DNA of 64,000 bases, from assembly GCA_965202625.1 (NCBI GenBank), contig CBDBBI010000010.1, positions 1,696,001-1,760,000 of the forward strand, in the 5' to 3' direction. The notes under the pieces were generated by a model. That model worked only from the letters and a program-made list of their open reading frames with translations, had not been told where the DNA came from and searched no databases. Positions 8,215 to 17,757 of the stretch are shown in pieces. Every line of letters begins with the position of its first letter. Position 1 is the first letter of the stretch. This DNA is from a bacterium (GTDB lineage: Bacteria > UBA8248). The position numbers were made by a program, and so were the translations under genes.

Positions 8215-10442
8215 GCAGGACGCTGAAAAAACTGCTCGAAAGCCGTTTCCGAATCTCGACGCAGCTCTACCTGAGCATCGGCGGCGGGTTCGCCCTCACC
8301 GTCGTCGCAAGCCTGATTGGCTGGGTTTCGTTCGACCGCGTGGGAGACGCCCAGCACCGCGTGAACGAGGGGAGCGTTCCGGCTCTGGTGACCGCCTTTG
8401 AAGCCGCCCGGAAAAGCGGCGTTCTGGTGGACGCCGCACCGCGCCTGGCCGCGGTCGTGATACCGGAAAACCTCGCCCAGATCGCCGACGAAGTTCTCAA
8501 GGATCGCAGGGACTTCGAGGCGGAGCTGGCGACCCTGACGCGCCACGGGGTGGGGGAGGAGCACTCCAGACACATCCGCGCGCGGGGCGACGCGCTGATC
8601 GCCAATACCGAAACCATCAAGGAATCGGTCCTCCAGCGCTTCGACCTCACCGATCTGCGAGACACCCTGCGCCTGGAGCTCTCATGGGTGCGCGAAGAAC
8701 TCGTCAACACCCTGGTTCCCGCGATTGACGACCAGTTGTTTTTCGCGATGACGGGCTATCGCAACCTCGGCGACCCGCCCGCGCCCCGATCGCGGCACTT
8801 CTCGGAGGAGGAATTCAACCTCTATCGCTACCTGGCGGAATTGAAGGCGGACGTCATCATCGGGACGCAGCTTCTGACGACCGCCTTCAACGTTTCGGAC
8901 GCCGCGTTGCTCGAGCCGCTGCGGGAGCGCTTTGAGGCCATCGCTCGCGGCATCACGCGGCGTTTGACCGCCCTCGGAACAGCACCGCTGCGCGAGAAAC
9001 TCACGCCGCTCTTCACCCGCATGGTCGAGCTGGGCATTGGCCCGGAGGGCGGCTTCAATCTGCGCGCCCGCGAGCTCGCGCTCGAGAAGCGGCAAGCGGA
9101 GCTGCTCGCGCGCAATCGCAACCTCGCCGCCCTGCTGCTGTCGGAGGTCGAGGCTCTGGTGAGCACGGCCCGGCAGAGCGCGCAGGAAGCCACCCGGACG
9201 TCCAACTCGGCGATTCGCATGGGCCGCAACCTCCTGCTCGCACTGAGCGTCATCAGCCTCGTCGCGGCGGTGCTGATCGCCTGGCTGTTCATCGGCCGGG
9301 TGCTGTCGCACCGCCTGGGAAGGCTCTCCTACAGGATGCGCCGCATGGCCGAGGGAGACCTGGAGGAGAAGGTCGAGGTCGCGGGACGCGACGAGGTCGC
9401 GGAGATGGCCGCCGCGCTCGAAATTTTTCGCCGCCACGCCCTCGAAGCGCAGCGTCTGAACCTGGTGGAGAAGTTGGCCGAGGAGCTCAGGGGCAAGAAC
9501 GACCAGCTTGAGAGCGCGCTGGCTGATCTCGAGCGGGCACAGGATCAGATCGTCATGCGCGAGAAGCTCGCGGCACTCGGCGAGCTGACGGCGGGCGTCG
9601 CCCACGAGATACGAAACCCGCTGAACTTCATCAAGAACTTCTCGGAAGTCTCCGAGGAGCTGATGGGGGAGATGCAGGAGGAACTCCAAAAAGTCATGGA
9701 CGAGGGCGCGAACGGGCAGGAGGAGGAGCGGCGCGGGCTGATTCGGGAGATCGGCGGCGACCTCGCCGGCAACCTCCGGCGCATCCGTGAACACGGAGAA
9801 CGGGCCAACAACATCGTCCAAAGCATGCTCATGATGGGCAGGGAATCGGGCGAGCGGCAGCCCACCAACGTCAACGCCCTGCTCGAGGAGCACGCGCGGC
9901 TCGCCTACCACAGCGCCCGGGCGAGCGACCCGAATTTCCACCTCGCCATCAAGGAGGAATACGACGATGAAATGGAGGAATACGAAGCCATCCCGCAGGA
10001 TTTGGGCCGCGTGTTCCTGAACATGGTGAGCAACGCCTGCCACGCCACCGACGCGAAACGGCGCGCGCGCGAAGCGAGCGCGGCGAAGACGAGCGACGGT
10101 GCCCCCGTCGAAGAAGCCCCGCGCTACGAACCCACCCTGTGCCTCATCACCCGGTGTCTGCCGGACCGCATAGAGGTGCGCATCCGCGACAACGGAGACG
10201 GAATACCGCCTGAAGTCATCGACAAGATATTCAACCCCTTCTTCACGACCAAGCCGACCGACCTGGGCACGGGGCTCGGCCTCGCCATCTCCAGCGACAT
10301 CGTGCGCCAGCACGGCGGAAGCATACGGGTCGAGTCCGAGCCCAGCGTTTTCACGGAGATGATCGTCGAACTGCCCCGGCAAGCGCAAAAACCAGCTGCG
10401 CCGCGAGTCGAGGGAAGCCGGGATGGGAGACAGGATATGTAA
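8211..10442 (+). CDS. Membrane sensor histidine kinase (TorS-like periplasmic domain, HAMP, HisKA, HATPase)
   Basis: Real start ATG 8211 (ATGA overlap), not 7461. Two TM segments, HAMP (GDL...GRDEVAEMA), H-box AHEIRNPLNF, N-box LNMVSNA, DNGDG, FFTTKP, GTGLGL. Confidence 0.9.
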   Translation: MSRTLKKLLESRFRISTQLYLSIGGGFALTVVASLIGWVSFDRVGDAQHRVNEGSVPALVTAFEAARKSGVLVDAAPRLAAVVIPENLAQIADEVLKDRRDFEAELATLTRHGVGEEHSRHIRARGDALIANTETIKESVLQRFDLTDLRDTLRLELSWVREELVNTLVPAIDDQLFFAMTGYRNLGDPPAPRSRHFSEEEFNLYRYLAELKADVIIGTQLLTTAFNVSDAALLEPLRERFEAIARGITRRLTALGTAPLREKLTPLFTRMVELGIGPEGGFNLRARELALEKRQAELLARNRNLAALLLSEVEALVSTARQSAQEATRTSNSAIRMGRNLLLALSVISLVAAVLIAWLFIGRVLSHRLGRLSYRMRRMAEGDLEEKVEVAGRDEVAEMAAALEIFRRHALEAQRLNLVEKLAEELRGKNDQLESALADLERAQDQIVMREKLAALGELTAGVAHEIRNPLNFIKNFSEVSEELMGEMQEELQKVMDEGANGQEEERRGLIREIGGDLAGNLRRIREHGERANNIVQSMLMMGRESGERQPTNVNALLEEHARLAYHSARASDPNFHLAIKEEYDDEMEEYEAIPQDLGRVFLNMVSNACHATDAKRRAREASAAKTSDGAPVEEAPRYEPTLCLITRCLPDRIEVRIRDNGDGIPPEVIDKIFNPFFTTKPTDLGTGLGLAISSDIVRQHGGSIRVESEPSVFTEMIVELPRQAQKPAAPRVEGSRDGRQDM

Positions 10443-10508
10443 GCAGCAGGAAAAACCGCGCCGGTTCGTGAAGCGAGAGCGCGACCTCGCGCTCCTTCGT
10501 TTTGTCCG

Positions 10509-10850
10509 CTAACCGCCGCTCGTCGCGGCGAGGGCCTCCGCCTTGGAGGCGCGGATCTGGATGATCTGGTCGAATCCGGATATTTCAAACACTTCGCGGG
10601 TCAGTTCCTGGAGCGCGTAAAGGGCAAACTTCGCCTCCCGCTGCCCGATGTACTTGGCGATAAGCAGGATGGCGCGCAGGCCGGCGCTGCTGACGTAGGA
10701 GACGCCCCCGAAATTGATGACTACGGCGCGATCATCCTGGGAGATCGCGCGTTTCAGCCCATCCTCGAATTCAGGAGCAGTGGTGCCGTCAATACGGCCC
10801 TCCACCTGGACGACCAGAGATGCGCCTTCCCGCTCGAACTTGATTTCCAT
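10509..10850 (-). CDS. STAS-domain anti-sigma factor antagonist (RsbV-like)
   Basis: GRID, YVSSAGLR (phosphorylated Ser motif), EVFEISGF; start MEIKFERE at 10850. Confidence 0.9.
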   Translation of the reverse strand: MEIKFEREGASLVVQVEGRIDGTTAPEFEDGLKRAISQDDRAVVINFGGVSYVSSAGLRAILLIAKYIGQREAKFALYALQELTREVFEISGFDQIIQIRASKAEALAATSGG

Positions 10851-11777
10851 TCTCGCTCCCGCCTCCTCGCTCTTGGGACCCGCCTCCTTGCAGGCCGTCC
10901 AAAACCGTAAAGTTGCCTCCGGGCTGCCTCGCATCGACGGAATACATACCGCCCAGAGATGGTTCATAAAGCGTTCGCCGGCCCGTCAACCGCTTCCCGA
11001 CGCGCCGGAATCCCATCCCCTGAACCATCGGCTTGCGACAAATGTATCAAATGCCGCCGCGTTTCGCAACTCCATCGCCCCGCCCCTGATTCACGCTCGC
11101 CTCACCCCGCCATCGCCAGAGCGTTCCCGAAGCGTCGCGCGTCATGGCCGCCCCGCTGGGATATCCATGGGTGATGATGGCGGCCTTCATCCGGCGGCGA
11201 CTCGCGCCCTTTCCCGCCATGATGCGGTTGCGCCGAGGGCGACCTCCCCACGCCCCGCCGCCGGAAATGGAACCCTGGGCTTCCACGCGAAGGGGCGCGA
11301 TATCCGCGTCATCCTGTTGCTGGCGGCGAACCGCAGCGAACGCCCGCGTTCATGGGAGAATCCGTTCCGGTCTCCGGCACTCCTCCCGCGCGCGGGCGGC
11401 ACGCGGCCAGTTCCCTGAAAGCCCTCTCAACGCCGAAGCCCTCACAGGCACCGGGCTTCGACGCTCATTCCCCGTCGCACGTCAAATCCGCTGTCACGGA
11501 CCGGAGGACGGCTTGCGGGGCATGGGAGGAAGCGCCAAAACACCGCGCCGGAAGCGCGGAGACGACCGCTGCGCAAAGCCGAGACGCGCGCAGCAGCCAG
11601 GGCGTTTCAGAAAGCACATCTGGGGCCGCCGACGCCAAAGGCGACGAGCACGGCGAACCTCATCCGCCTTCCGGTTGTCTCCACCGCCTTATTTTGCGTA
11701 TTTTATAGGGATGGTTCACCAGGTCGCTCTCATCGCCCGCGCGGCACCGCCCGCAACCCCTCGGAGGAAACCCCGCT

Positions 11778-12434
11778 TTGGCCCGCAAACCCAAAAGAAA
11801 AAAAGGGAAGAGGAAACACCCGCAATCCGCCAAACCAGCCGCGTCCCGCCCCAGGGCGGCGCGCGATGCCAAGAAGAAGGCCGCAGCCCCGCTGGCCAAG
11901 AAGAAGGGCACAGCCTCGCCGGTCAAGAAGAAGGGCACAGCCTCGCTGGTGTGGGTGAGCGTCATCGTCGTGAGCGTCATCGTCCTCCTCTTCGGCATCT
12001 ATTATTTTTCGGGCGCGTCCGAGAACAAGGCGCGCGACGTGCCCTCGCTCGGCAACCTTCACATTACGAAGGGCACGAGCCACACCATCACCTACAACAC
12101 GGATCCGCCCACCTCGGGGCCGCACTATCCGCGCCTCACGCACTGGGGCGTCCACAGCGTCCCGATCGACAAGGGCTTTCAGGTCCACAACCTCGAGGAC
12201 GGCGGCGTGCTCGTCCAGTATAACTGCATGGATTGTCCCGAGCTCGTGCAGAAGCTCGGGAAGATCGTGCGCGGCTATTCCAAAGAGGTCATCCTCGCCC
12301 CCTACCCCCCCATGAAGCACAGAATCGCCCTCACCGCCTGGGGCAAGATCGACACGTTCGATACCTTTGATGCCAAGCGCATCACGGGCTTCATCAACGC
12401 CTTCCGGGGCCTCGATCATCACCCGAGACGGTAA
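11778..12434 (+). CDS. DUF3105 domain membrane-anchored protein with Lys-rich N-terminus
   Basis: YNTDPPTSGPHY, VHNLEDGGVLVQY, IALTAWG; GGAGG RBS before TTG; one TM helix. Confidence 0.85.
   Translation: MARKPKRKKGKRKHPQSAKPAASRPRAARDAKKKAAAPLAKKKGTASPVKKKGTASLVWVSVIVVSVIVLLFGIYYFSGASENKARDVPSLGNLHITKGTSHTITYNTDPPTSGPHYPRLTHWGVHSVPIDKGFQVHNLEDGGVLVQYNCMDCPELVQKLGKIVRGYSKEVILAPYPPMKHRIALTAWGKIDTFDTFDAKRITGFINAFRGLDHHPRR
11871..11984 (+). repeat. In-frame tandem repeats: 3x27 bp (KKKxxAxxx) and 2x15 bp (VSVIV)
   Basis: AAGAAGAAGG(C/G)C... units at 11871, 11898 and 11925; GTGAGCGTCATCGTC at 11955 and 11970. Confidence 0.9.
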
Positions 12435-12461
12435 GGAGAACGGGCGCGCACAGGCGGAAAA

Positions 12462-12490
12462 TTGACAAGACGCCGCATGAACGCTAGCAT
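12462..12490 (+). promoter_or_regulatory. Sigma70-type promoter of the zor operon
   Basis: TTGACA (12462-12467), 17-nt spacer, TAGCAT (12485-12490), ~60 bp upstream of zorA. Confidence 0.7.
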
Positions 12491-12549
12491 GGTGTTTTTG
12501 AACGTCATCCTTCCATCAACCCCATGAGCTGACAGAGGCGCGCCGCCTA

Positions 12550-14097
12550 ATGGATTCTCTCTATCTGTTCTTTCAGCCGATCCTCGCTCCACAAACCGAT
12601 GCGGATCAAGTAACGCGATGGTTTGCCTTAGGGATACTGCTTCTCTTCATATGCTTGCTATGGAGCAGAAATACCCGCCGATTTTCCCAACAAGCGACGA
12701 CGTTCTTTGGAATCCTCGGGACGTTCGTGGGCATTTATTTTGGTCTTCGCCATTTTGATCCCAAAGACATCCAACAAAGCGTGCCGCCGCTTCTCGCTGG
12801 TCTGAAAACGGCGTTTCTCACCTCCATATTCGGCATCGGAGCGACTCTCCTCACGAGAACCTATGACTTCTTCTCATCGTGGGCGTCTCCAAACGAGAGA
12901 AGAACGGAAGGCGCCACCGTTCAAACCCTCGCGGAGATTCTCCAAGAACAGACGAAAGCGATGCAAGAACAGACGCAAGCTCTCCAAGAGCAGACGCAAG
13001 CAGAAAAAGAAAACCACCTTCTGACGCTGAAAAGCCTGGAGAGCATCCGATCTTCCGTTTCGGGCGATGGCGATACGTCCATGCTCACCCAGATTCAGAA
13101 ACTCCGCCTCAGCTTCGACGAAAAACAAAATGCGCTCATTCAGGAATTCAAAACGTTCGCCCAAAACATGGCGGAGGCGAACACCGATGCGCTCATTAAA
13201 GCGCTTGAAGGGGTGATTAAGGATTTCAACGCGAAGATAAACGAGCAGTTCGGGGAGAACTTCCAACAACTCAACGAGGCGGTCGGAAGCCTCGTCGTTT
13301 GGCAGGACAAGAACAAGGAACAAACCGAAAGGATGATCCAGCATTTCGACGCGACGGTCTCCGCGGTTGAGGAGGTGCGGGAATCCATCGCGCAAATGCG
13401 GGATTCAATGACCCAAATAGCGGAGCGGAGCCGTGCCATCACCGATGCGGCGGAGCAGCTCGCCCCCATTCTGTCCGCCATTCAGGAGCAAAGAGAGTCA
13501 CTGGCAGGCTACATGGGGCAATTCGCAGAAATATCAGAAAAAGCAAAAGAGCTTCTGCCCACGCTTGAGACGAAAATAAACGAGCTCACGGAGAATTTCT
13601 CCCAAGCGGTGATGCGGGCGACAGAGACGAACCAGAAGGCCTTGGATGCGCACAAGGAATTCGCCCAGACTGTGATCAATGGATTTTCTGAATTGGGTTC
13701 TGAATTGGGTAAAACGACCACCGACGTCATAACGCAGGTGGGAGAATCCGCCATACAAAACATGGAAACGATGCGCGTGCAGACGGAGGATGCCGCAAAG
13801 CTGCTGGAGACGCTCGTCTCCAATCTAGCCGGTAGATTAACTTCTCACATACAAGAAACCTTCACGAAAACACACGAGGAAATTGCTCGATTGGCGGGGG
13901 AAAGCGCAGGGCACACCGAAGCGCGGATGGAAGAGATAGATAAACGTCTCGGTGAAGCACTGACCAAGGTGTTGAAGGAGTTTGGCAGCAGACTCGCCAG
14001 CATATCGGAGAAGTTCGCTGACGATTATACGCTATTATTGGCAGAGTGGAGGAAAGTGCTGGAGCTAGCAAGAGGGGACGGCAATGCGCGACTCTGA
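12550..14097 (+). CDS. zorA: Zorya protein ZorA (MotA/ExbB-like TM region + long helical tail)
   Basis: GILGTFVGI, LLAGLKTAFLTSIFG in the TM region; ALIKALEGVIKDFNAKINEQFGENFQQLNEAV..LVVWQ; C-terminal LASISEKFADDY; followed by an OmpA-type and an HNH gene. Confidence 0.9.
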   Translation: MDSLYLFFQPILAPQTDADQVTRWFALGILLLFICLLWSRNTRRFSQQATTFFGILGTFVGIYFGLRHFDPKDIQQSVPPLLAGLKTAFLTSIFGIGATLLTRTYDFFSSWASPNERRTEGATVQTLAEILQEQTKAMQEQTQALQEQTQAEKENHLLTLKSLESIRSSVSGDGDTSMLTQIQKLRLSFDEKQNALIQEFKTFAQNMAEANTDALIKALEGVIKDFNAKINEQFGENFQQLNEAVGSLVVWQDKNKEQTERMIQHFDATVSAVEEVRESIAQMRDSMTQIAERSRAITDAAEQLAPILSAIQEQRESLAGYMGQFAEISEKAKELLPTLETKINELTENFSQAVMRATETNQKALDAHKEFAQTVINGFSELGSELGKTTTDVITQVGESAIQNMETMRVQTEDAAKLLETLVSNLAGRLTSHIQETFTKTHEEIARLAGESAGHTEARMEEIDKRLGEALTKVLKEFGSRLASISEKFADDYTLLLAEWRKVLELARGDGNARL

Positions 14098-14794
14098 CGC
14101 ACTCCACGAGGAAAGCGAAGGGGGATGGATATCCATCGCGGACGTCATGTCCGTGACCATGATGATATTCATGTTCCTCACCGTCATATTCATGGCGACG
14201 GTCCAGGCGGACAAAGAGCGCATCGAGAAAATCGCCGTCACCTACAACCGCCTGCAGAATGACCTGTATGATGATTTGAAGCGTGAATTCAAGGACGATT
14301 TGCCGAGTTGGCGCGCGGAAATCGACCGAGAGACGCTCTCCATCACCTTTCGGGAGCCCGAGGTGCTTTTCGGGGCAGGCCGAAGCGCCCTGAAAGAGAA
14401 ATTTCGGGACATCCTCATCGACTTCTTCCCCCGCTACGTTCGGATTCTCACCAGCCCGAAATACAAAAACGATATTGAGGAGGTGCGAATCGAAGGCCAC
14501 ACCTCCAGCGAATGGACGACGTTCACCGCTCCCAAAATCGACTATTTCAAGAACATGGAACTTTCCCAGAAAAGAACGCGCGCCGTTCTGGAATACGTCT
14601 TGAACCTCAAGGAAGCGTCCGGAGATTTCGCGTGGCTGAAGGGGCGGCTCACCGCCAACGGCCTGTCTTCGAGCAGACCCGTCATGGAGAATGGCCGCGA
14701 GAACCGGAAAAAATCCAGAAGGGTGGAGTTTCGCGTGAGAACGAACGCGGAGAAAAGAATCGTCGAGATCATCAACAAGAAGGAGAGGCCATGA
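14084..14794 (+). CDS. zorB: Zorya protein ZorB (MotB/OmpA-like)
   Basis: TM WISIADVM with the conserved Asp; IEGHTSSEW, NMELSQ.R, ANGLSSS, SRRVEFRV. Confidence 0.9.
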   Translation: MRDSDALHEESEGGWISIADVMSVTMMIFMFLTVIFMATVQADKERIEKIAVTYNRLQNDLYDDLKREFKDDLPSWRAEIDRETLSITFREPEVLFGAGRSALKEKFRDILIDFFPRYVRILTSPKYKNDIEEVRIEGHTSSEWTTFTAPKIDYFKNMELSQKRTRAVLEYVLNLKEASGDFAWLKGRLTANGLSSSRPVMENGRENRKKSRRVEFRVRTNAEKRIVEIINKKERP

Positions 14795-15666
14795 AAATCG
14801 AGATTGCGTTCGACGGAATTGATGCGGTTCTTCGCAAAATGGGAATCGAGAGACTAGCCGAACCCCCCGGTAAATCGGGATGGAATCCAATAGACACCAA
14901 ACTGGCGGAGAAAGGTATAGGCGTTCATCCAGGCGAGATCGGGAAAGGTACCAAGAAAACTTTAACCTACAAAGGCCGCAAGGTTCTCGTCTATATTCGG
15001 GACCAATATACCCACTTTTCTAACGGATACAAGTTTCACGTGGCGAATTGCGTAAAGATACAGGAGATGAAAGGAAGCAACCGATTTGAAAAACGATACG
15101 TCGCCTCGACCCGGACGGACGGAAAATTTATCGTGAACTTCATGGACCGCTCCGATGAAATTATCGAAAAAGACCAAACTATAGCGATGCGTGTATGCAA
15201 ATACTGCTTATCCGAATTGAACTACAAAGGTTATTACAATGAATTCTCCCTGAAGGAATTCTTTGAAATATACGGCGAAACAATCGTCGACGAGCCGACG
15301 TACACGGACATCATCGACCCCGGACGGCCTACGTATTCACCAAATCAAGAAATATTTTCACGAATATGCCGTGAAAGAGCGAATTGGAGGTGCGAGGAAT
15401 GCGGCATTTTTCTGGGAGATAAGGAAGCCCGACAATTTCTCCACGCACACCATATAAACGGCGATAAATCCGACAATCGCGTGGCCAATCTTCGCGCCCT
15501 ATGCGTCGATTGCCACGACAAACAAGCAGGCCATTCACTACCGGCAACGATGCGGAAAAAGTTCCATGACTGGAAAAGAGAGAAGCGTGCCAGCCGTATA
15601 GATTCCGCCGACTCGCCCTCCCTCTCCTATGCGCGCGAGACGCCCGAACGCGCTTATTTCGCGTAG
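14791..15666 (+). CDS. zorE: HNH endonuclease, ZorE-like effector
   Basis: Start ATG 14791 overlaps the zorB stop; KFHVANC, VCKYCL, CEECG, HAHHINGDKSDN...NLRALCVDCH. Confidence 0.82.
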   Translation: MKIEIAFDGIDAVLRKMGIERLAEPPGKSGWNPIDTKLAEKGIGVHPGEIGKGTKKTLTYKGRKVLVYIRDQYTHFSNGYKFHVANCVKIQEMKGSNRFEKRYVASTRTDGKFIVNFMDRSDEIIEKDQTIAMRVCKYCLSELNYKGYYNEFSLKEFFEIYGETIVDEPTYTDIIDPGRPTYSPNQEIFSRICRERANWRCEECGIFLGDKEARQFLHAHHINGDKSDNRVANLRALCVDCHDKQAGHSLPATMRKKFHDWKREKRASRIDSADSPSLSYARETPERAYFA

Positions 15667-15832
15667 CCGGGCAAAATCATTGCGAATGGACTGGAAAATG
15701 CGCGGATTTTCCGAGGTGAAACCCCCTGGAAAAGCCGTTTTTCGGGGCGTAAACGGCTTGGTAAACGGCCGTGCAAGGGCGTTGCAAAAGTCGCTCCAGG
15801 AAGGCCGGCGAGCGTGATGGCGGCGCGGGCAC
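15663..15832 (+). repeat. Dispersed intergenic repeat, copy B
   Basis: Begins at the zorE stop codon; aligns over its full length with copy C. Confidence 0.9.
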
Positions 15833-16422
15833 CCTCGGCTCTCCCCAGCCAGTCAGGGTCGGCGTGGGTTAGCTCTTGCGGTTTGAAACCTTTGGTCTCT
15901 CATTGGACGCTACCGAAAAGTAATCTCCCTTGCTTTATCAAGAGCTTCTATTTTAACTTACTCGTTTCGGCACTTGATGGGCGCGTATTAAATGGTGTGA
16001 GAAAAAATGAGTCATTAAATTCACGGTAGGCCAATCCCATATCATCACACATCGCCTTCATTAACCTCACCAATGTGTCCTCTTGATTCTTGTCTCGCGC
16101 TATGGTTTTTTTATGAAATTCCGAGAGGGCATCCATAACTTTCAACGAGGAGTTGAATGCAAGGAAAATCTCGTTCAATGCTCTACTAAATTCATCGCCT
16201 TTAAGGTCGTAGCGATTGCTCATGAACCGCCGAAGCGCTTCCCATTTGATTTTACGGCGTCCATATTTAATATAAAACCAATTTGACACCAAAGCACCAA
16301 CTATAGCGCCAGAAATCACTCCTCCCACCGAGAAAATTAGTTCACTTGTCATTCCTGTTGAACCCCCTTTTCGCTATGTTCGTCTATCGCCCTAAGGACC
16401 GGGCATTCTCGGCTCTCCCCAG
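15826..16422. repeat. 23-bp direct repeats flanking an AT-rich single-gene module
   Basis: CGGGCACCCTCGGCTCTCCCCAG (15826-15848) vs CGGGCATTCTCGGCTCTCCCCAG (16400-16422), 21/23 identical. Confidence 0.85.
15948..16352 (-). CDS. Small membrane-anchored hypothetical protein, DUF6680-like
   Basis: N-terminal TM, then LRRFMSNR...FSRALNEIFLAF...V..AL...LVRLMKAMCDDMG; visibly AT-rich. Confidence 0.6.
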   Translation of the reverse strand: MTSELIFSVGGVISGAIVGALVSNWFYIKYGRRKIKWEALRRFMSNRYDLKGDEFSRALNEIFLAFNSSLKVMDALSEFHKKTIARDKNQEDTLVRLMKAMCDDMGLAYREFNDSFFLTPFNTRPSSAETSKLK

Positions 16423-16440
16423 ACGCTTCCACGTCGGCAT
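16384..16440 (-). pseudogene. Truncated start of a third pentapeptide-repeat paralog
   Basis: After the 16444 stop, TAAACCATGCCGACGTGGAAGCGTCTG gives MPTWKRL (first paralog starts MPTWNRL); homology breaks at the 23-bp repeat. Confidence 0.65.
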
Positions 16441-16443
16441 GGT

Positions 16444-17757
16444 TTAGCGTCCGCCTTTGTCGTCCGTCTCCGGCGTTGGGCTTTCCGAGGTGGCCTTTTC
16501 GTATTCGGCAATCCACTCTTCGGCTTCTGCGAGAGTGTAGGCTCCGGTTCGAGCGCCGCTATCCTTCGGCAACCCATAGACTGGCGGCTTGTCGATATGC
16601 GGCTCCAGTTGCTCTCTCAACGTTTGTGCTTTTCTATCGGGCAAGCGTTTGAGAATGGAATCCACATATTCCCTTGTCAATCCGCCCTCGAAAATGACTT
16701 TGGAGAGATCGCTCTCACGGCCGGCTAACGCTCTCATGCGTTCCGCAAACCTATGGGACCAGCTTACTGCACTGACTGCCCCTTGCAGTTGCACGCCATT
16801 GAGATTCACCCCTTGCAACCGCGCATCCCTGAGATTCGTCCCTTGCAAATGTGCACCCCCGAGATGCGCACCTTGCAGTTTCGCGCCCACGAGCTCCGCC
16901 CCTCGCAAATACGCACTCCCGAGACTCGCCCCTTCCAAATGTATAAACGCGAGACTCGCTCCTTCCAAATGCGCATTCATGAGATTCGCCTCTTGCAAAT
17001 GCGCACCCCCGAGATACGCCCTTTGCAATTGCGCCCGCCAGAGACTCGCCCCTTGCAACCGTGCCGATCCAAGATCCGCCCCTTGCAACTGCGTATTCCA
17101 AAGATGCGCCCCTTCCAGGCGCGCATTTAGAAGATTCGCGCCGTTTAGCCAGCTGCCCTCCAGGTTGATGCGGAAACCCTGAAAGACATCATGCTCCTGC
17201 ACGAAAAGCAGGGTCAGCAGGCTTTGGATTTCCTCGGAAGGCTTCTCCGGGCATTCCTTTTGATACTTAGACTCTCCCGTCGTCCGGCGGACGTGCGCGC
17301 AGAGAATATCCAACACTGTCTGCCGCAATTCCTGCGTATCTTCCGCCAGATGGAAGAGCTCGTAGGCCCCGCCCAGACGAACGGAAACCGAGGCGTGGCC
17401 CATGTGTTCAATGGCGTTTTTCAGACGCTCCTGCCGCAGTCCCTTCTCGGCGTTCTCGTTGGTCTTGGCCTGTTGTTCCGCCGTCTTCTCCATCGCCTTG
17501 GCGCGCCTGTAGGCGGTCACAGCCTGTATGGCGAGCAGGACGCCGCCCATGGCGACGCCCAGAAATTTCAGAATCTGAAATTTTTCACCTACCCCGAAGA
17601 GGCAAAAAGCCCATTCCGGATCTTCGGAGAACAAGATAACCAAAAAAGGCGCCACTAAAAACACAAACAGGAACAGCCACAACACCCACAAAAAAACGAG
17701 CGTGGGGTCTTTCCGCCAAGAACAGATACGGGCTTTCAGCCAGTTCAGGATCGGCAT
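16444..17757 (-). CDS. Pentapeptide repeat protein with N-terminal TM helices (paralog 2)
   Basis: RLKNAIEHMG..S.SVRLGGAYEL domain followed by many AxLxx units (ANLLN ARLEG AHLWN...). Confidence 0.92.
   Translation of the reverse strand: MPILNWLKARICSWRKDPTLVFLWVLWLFLFVFLVAPFLVILFSEDPEWAFCLFGVGEKFQILKFLGVAMGGVLLAIQAVTAYRRAKAMEKTAEQQAKTNENAEKGLRQERLKNAIEHMGHASVSVRLGGAYELFHLAEDTQELRQTVLDILCAHVRRTTGESKYQKECPEKPSEEIQSLLTLLFVQEHDVFQGFRINLEGSWLNGANLLNARLEGAHLWNTQLQGADLGSARLQGASLWRAQLQRAYLGGAHLQEANLMNAHLEGASLAFIHLEGASLGSAYLRGAELVGAKLQGAHLGGAHLQGTNLRDARLQGVNLNGVQLQGAVSAVSWSHRFAERMRALAGRESDLSKVIFEGGLTREYVDSILKRLPDRKAQTLREQLEPHIDKPPVYGLPKDSGARTGAYTLAEAEEWIAEYEKATSESPTPETDDKGGR

Noticed and set aside
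12420-12434. Shared CACCCGAGACG at the ends of the DUF3105 and alpha/beta hydrolase (23901) genes
   Set aside because: An 11-bp match in 64 kb of GC-rich DNA is compatible with chance.
14512-14790. N-terminal extension of the HNH gene
   Set aside because: It overlaps zorB; ATG 14791 has an AGGAG RBS and overlaps the zorB stop.
15849-15950. attC-like site after the DUF6680-like gene (AGCTCTTG...CAAGAGCT inverted repeat)
   Set aside because: No properly placed RYYYAAC/GTTRRRY boxes and no integron integrase in the window.
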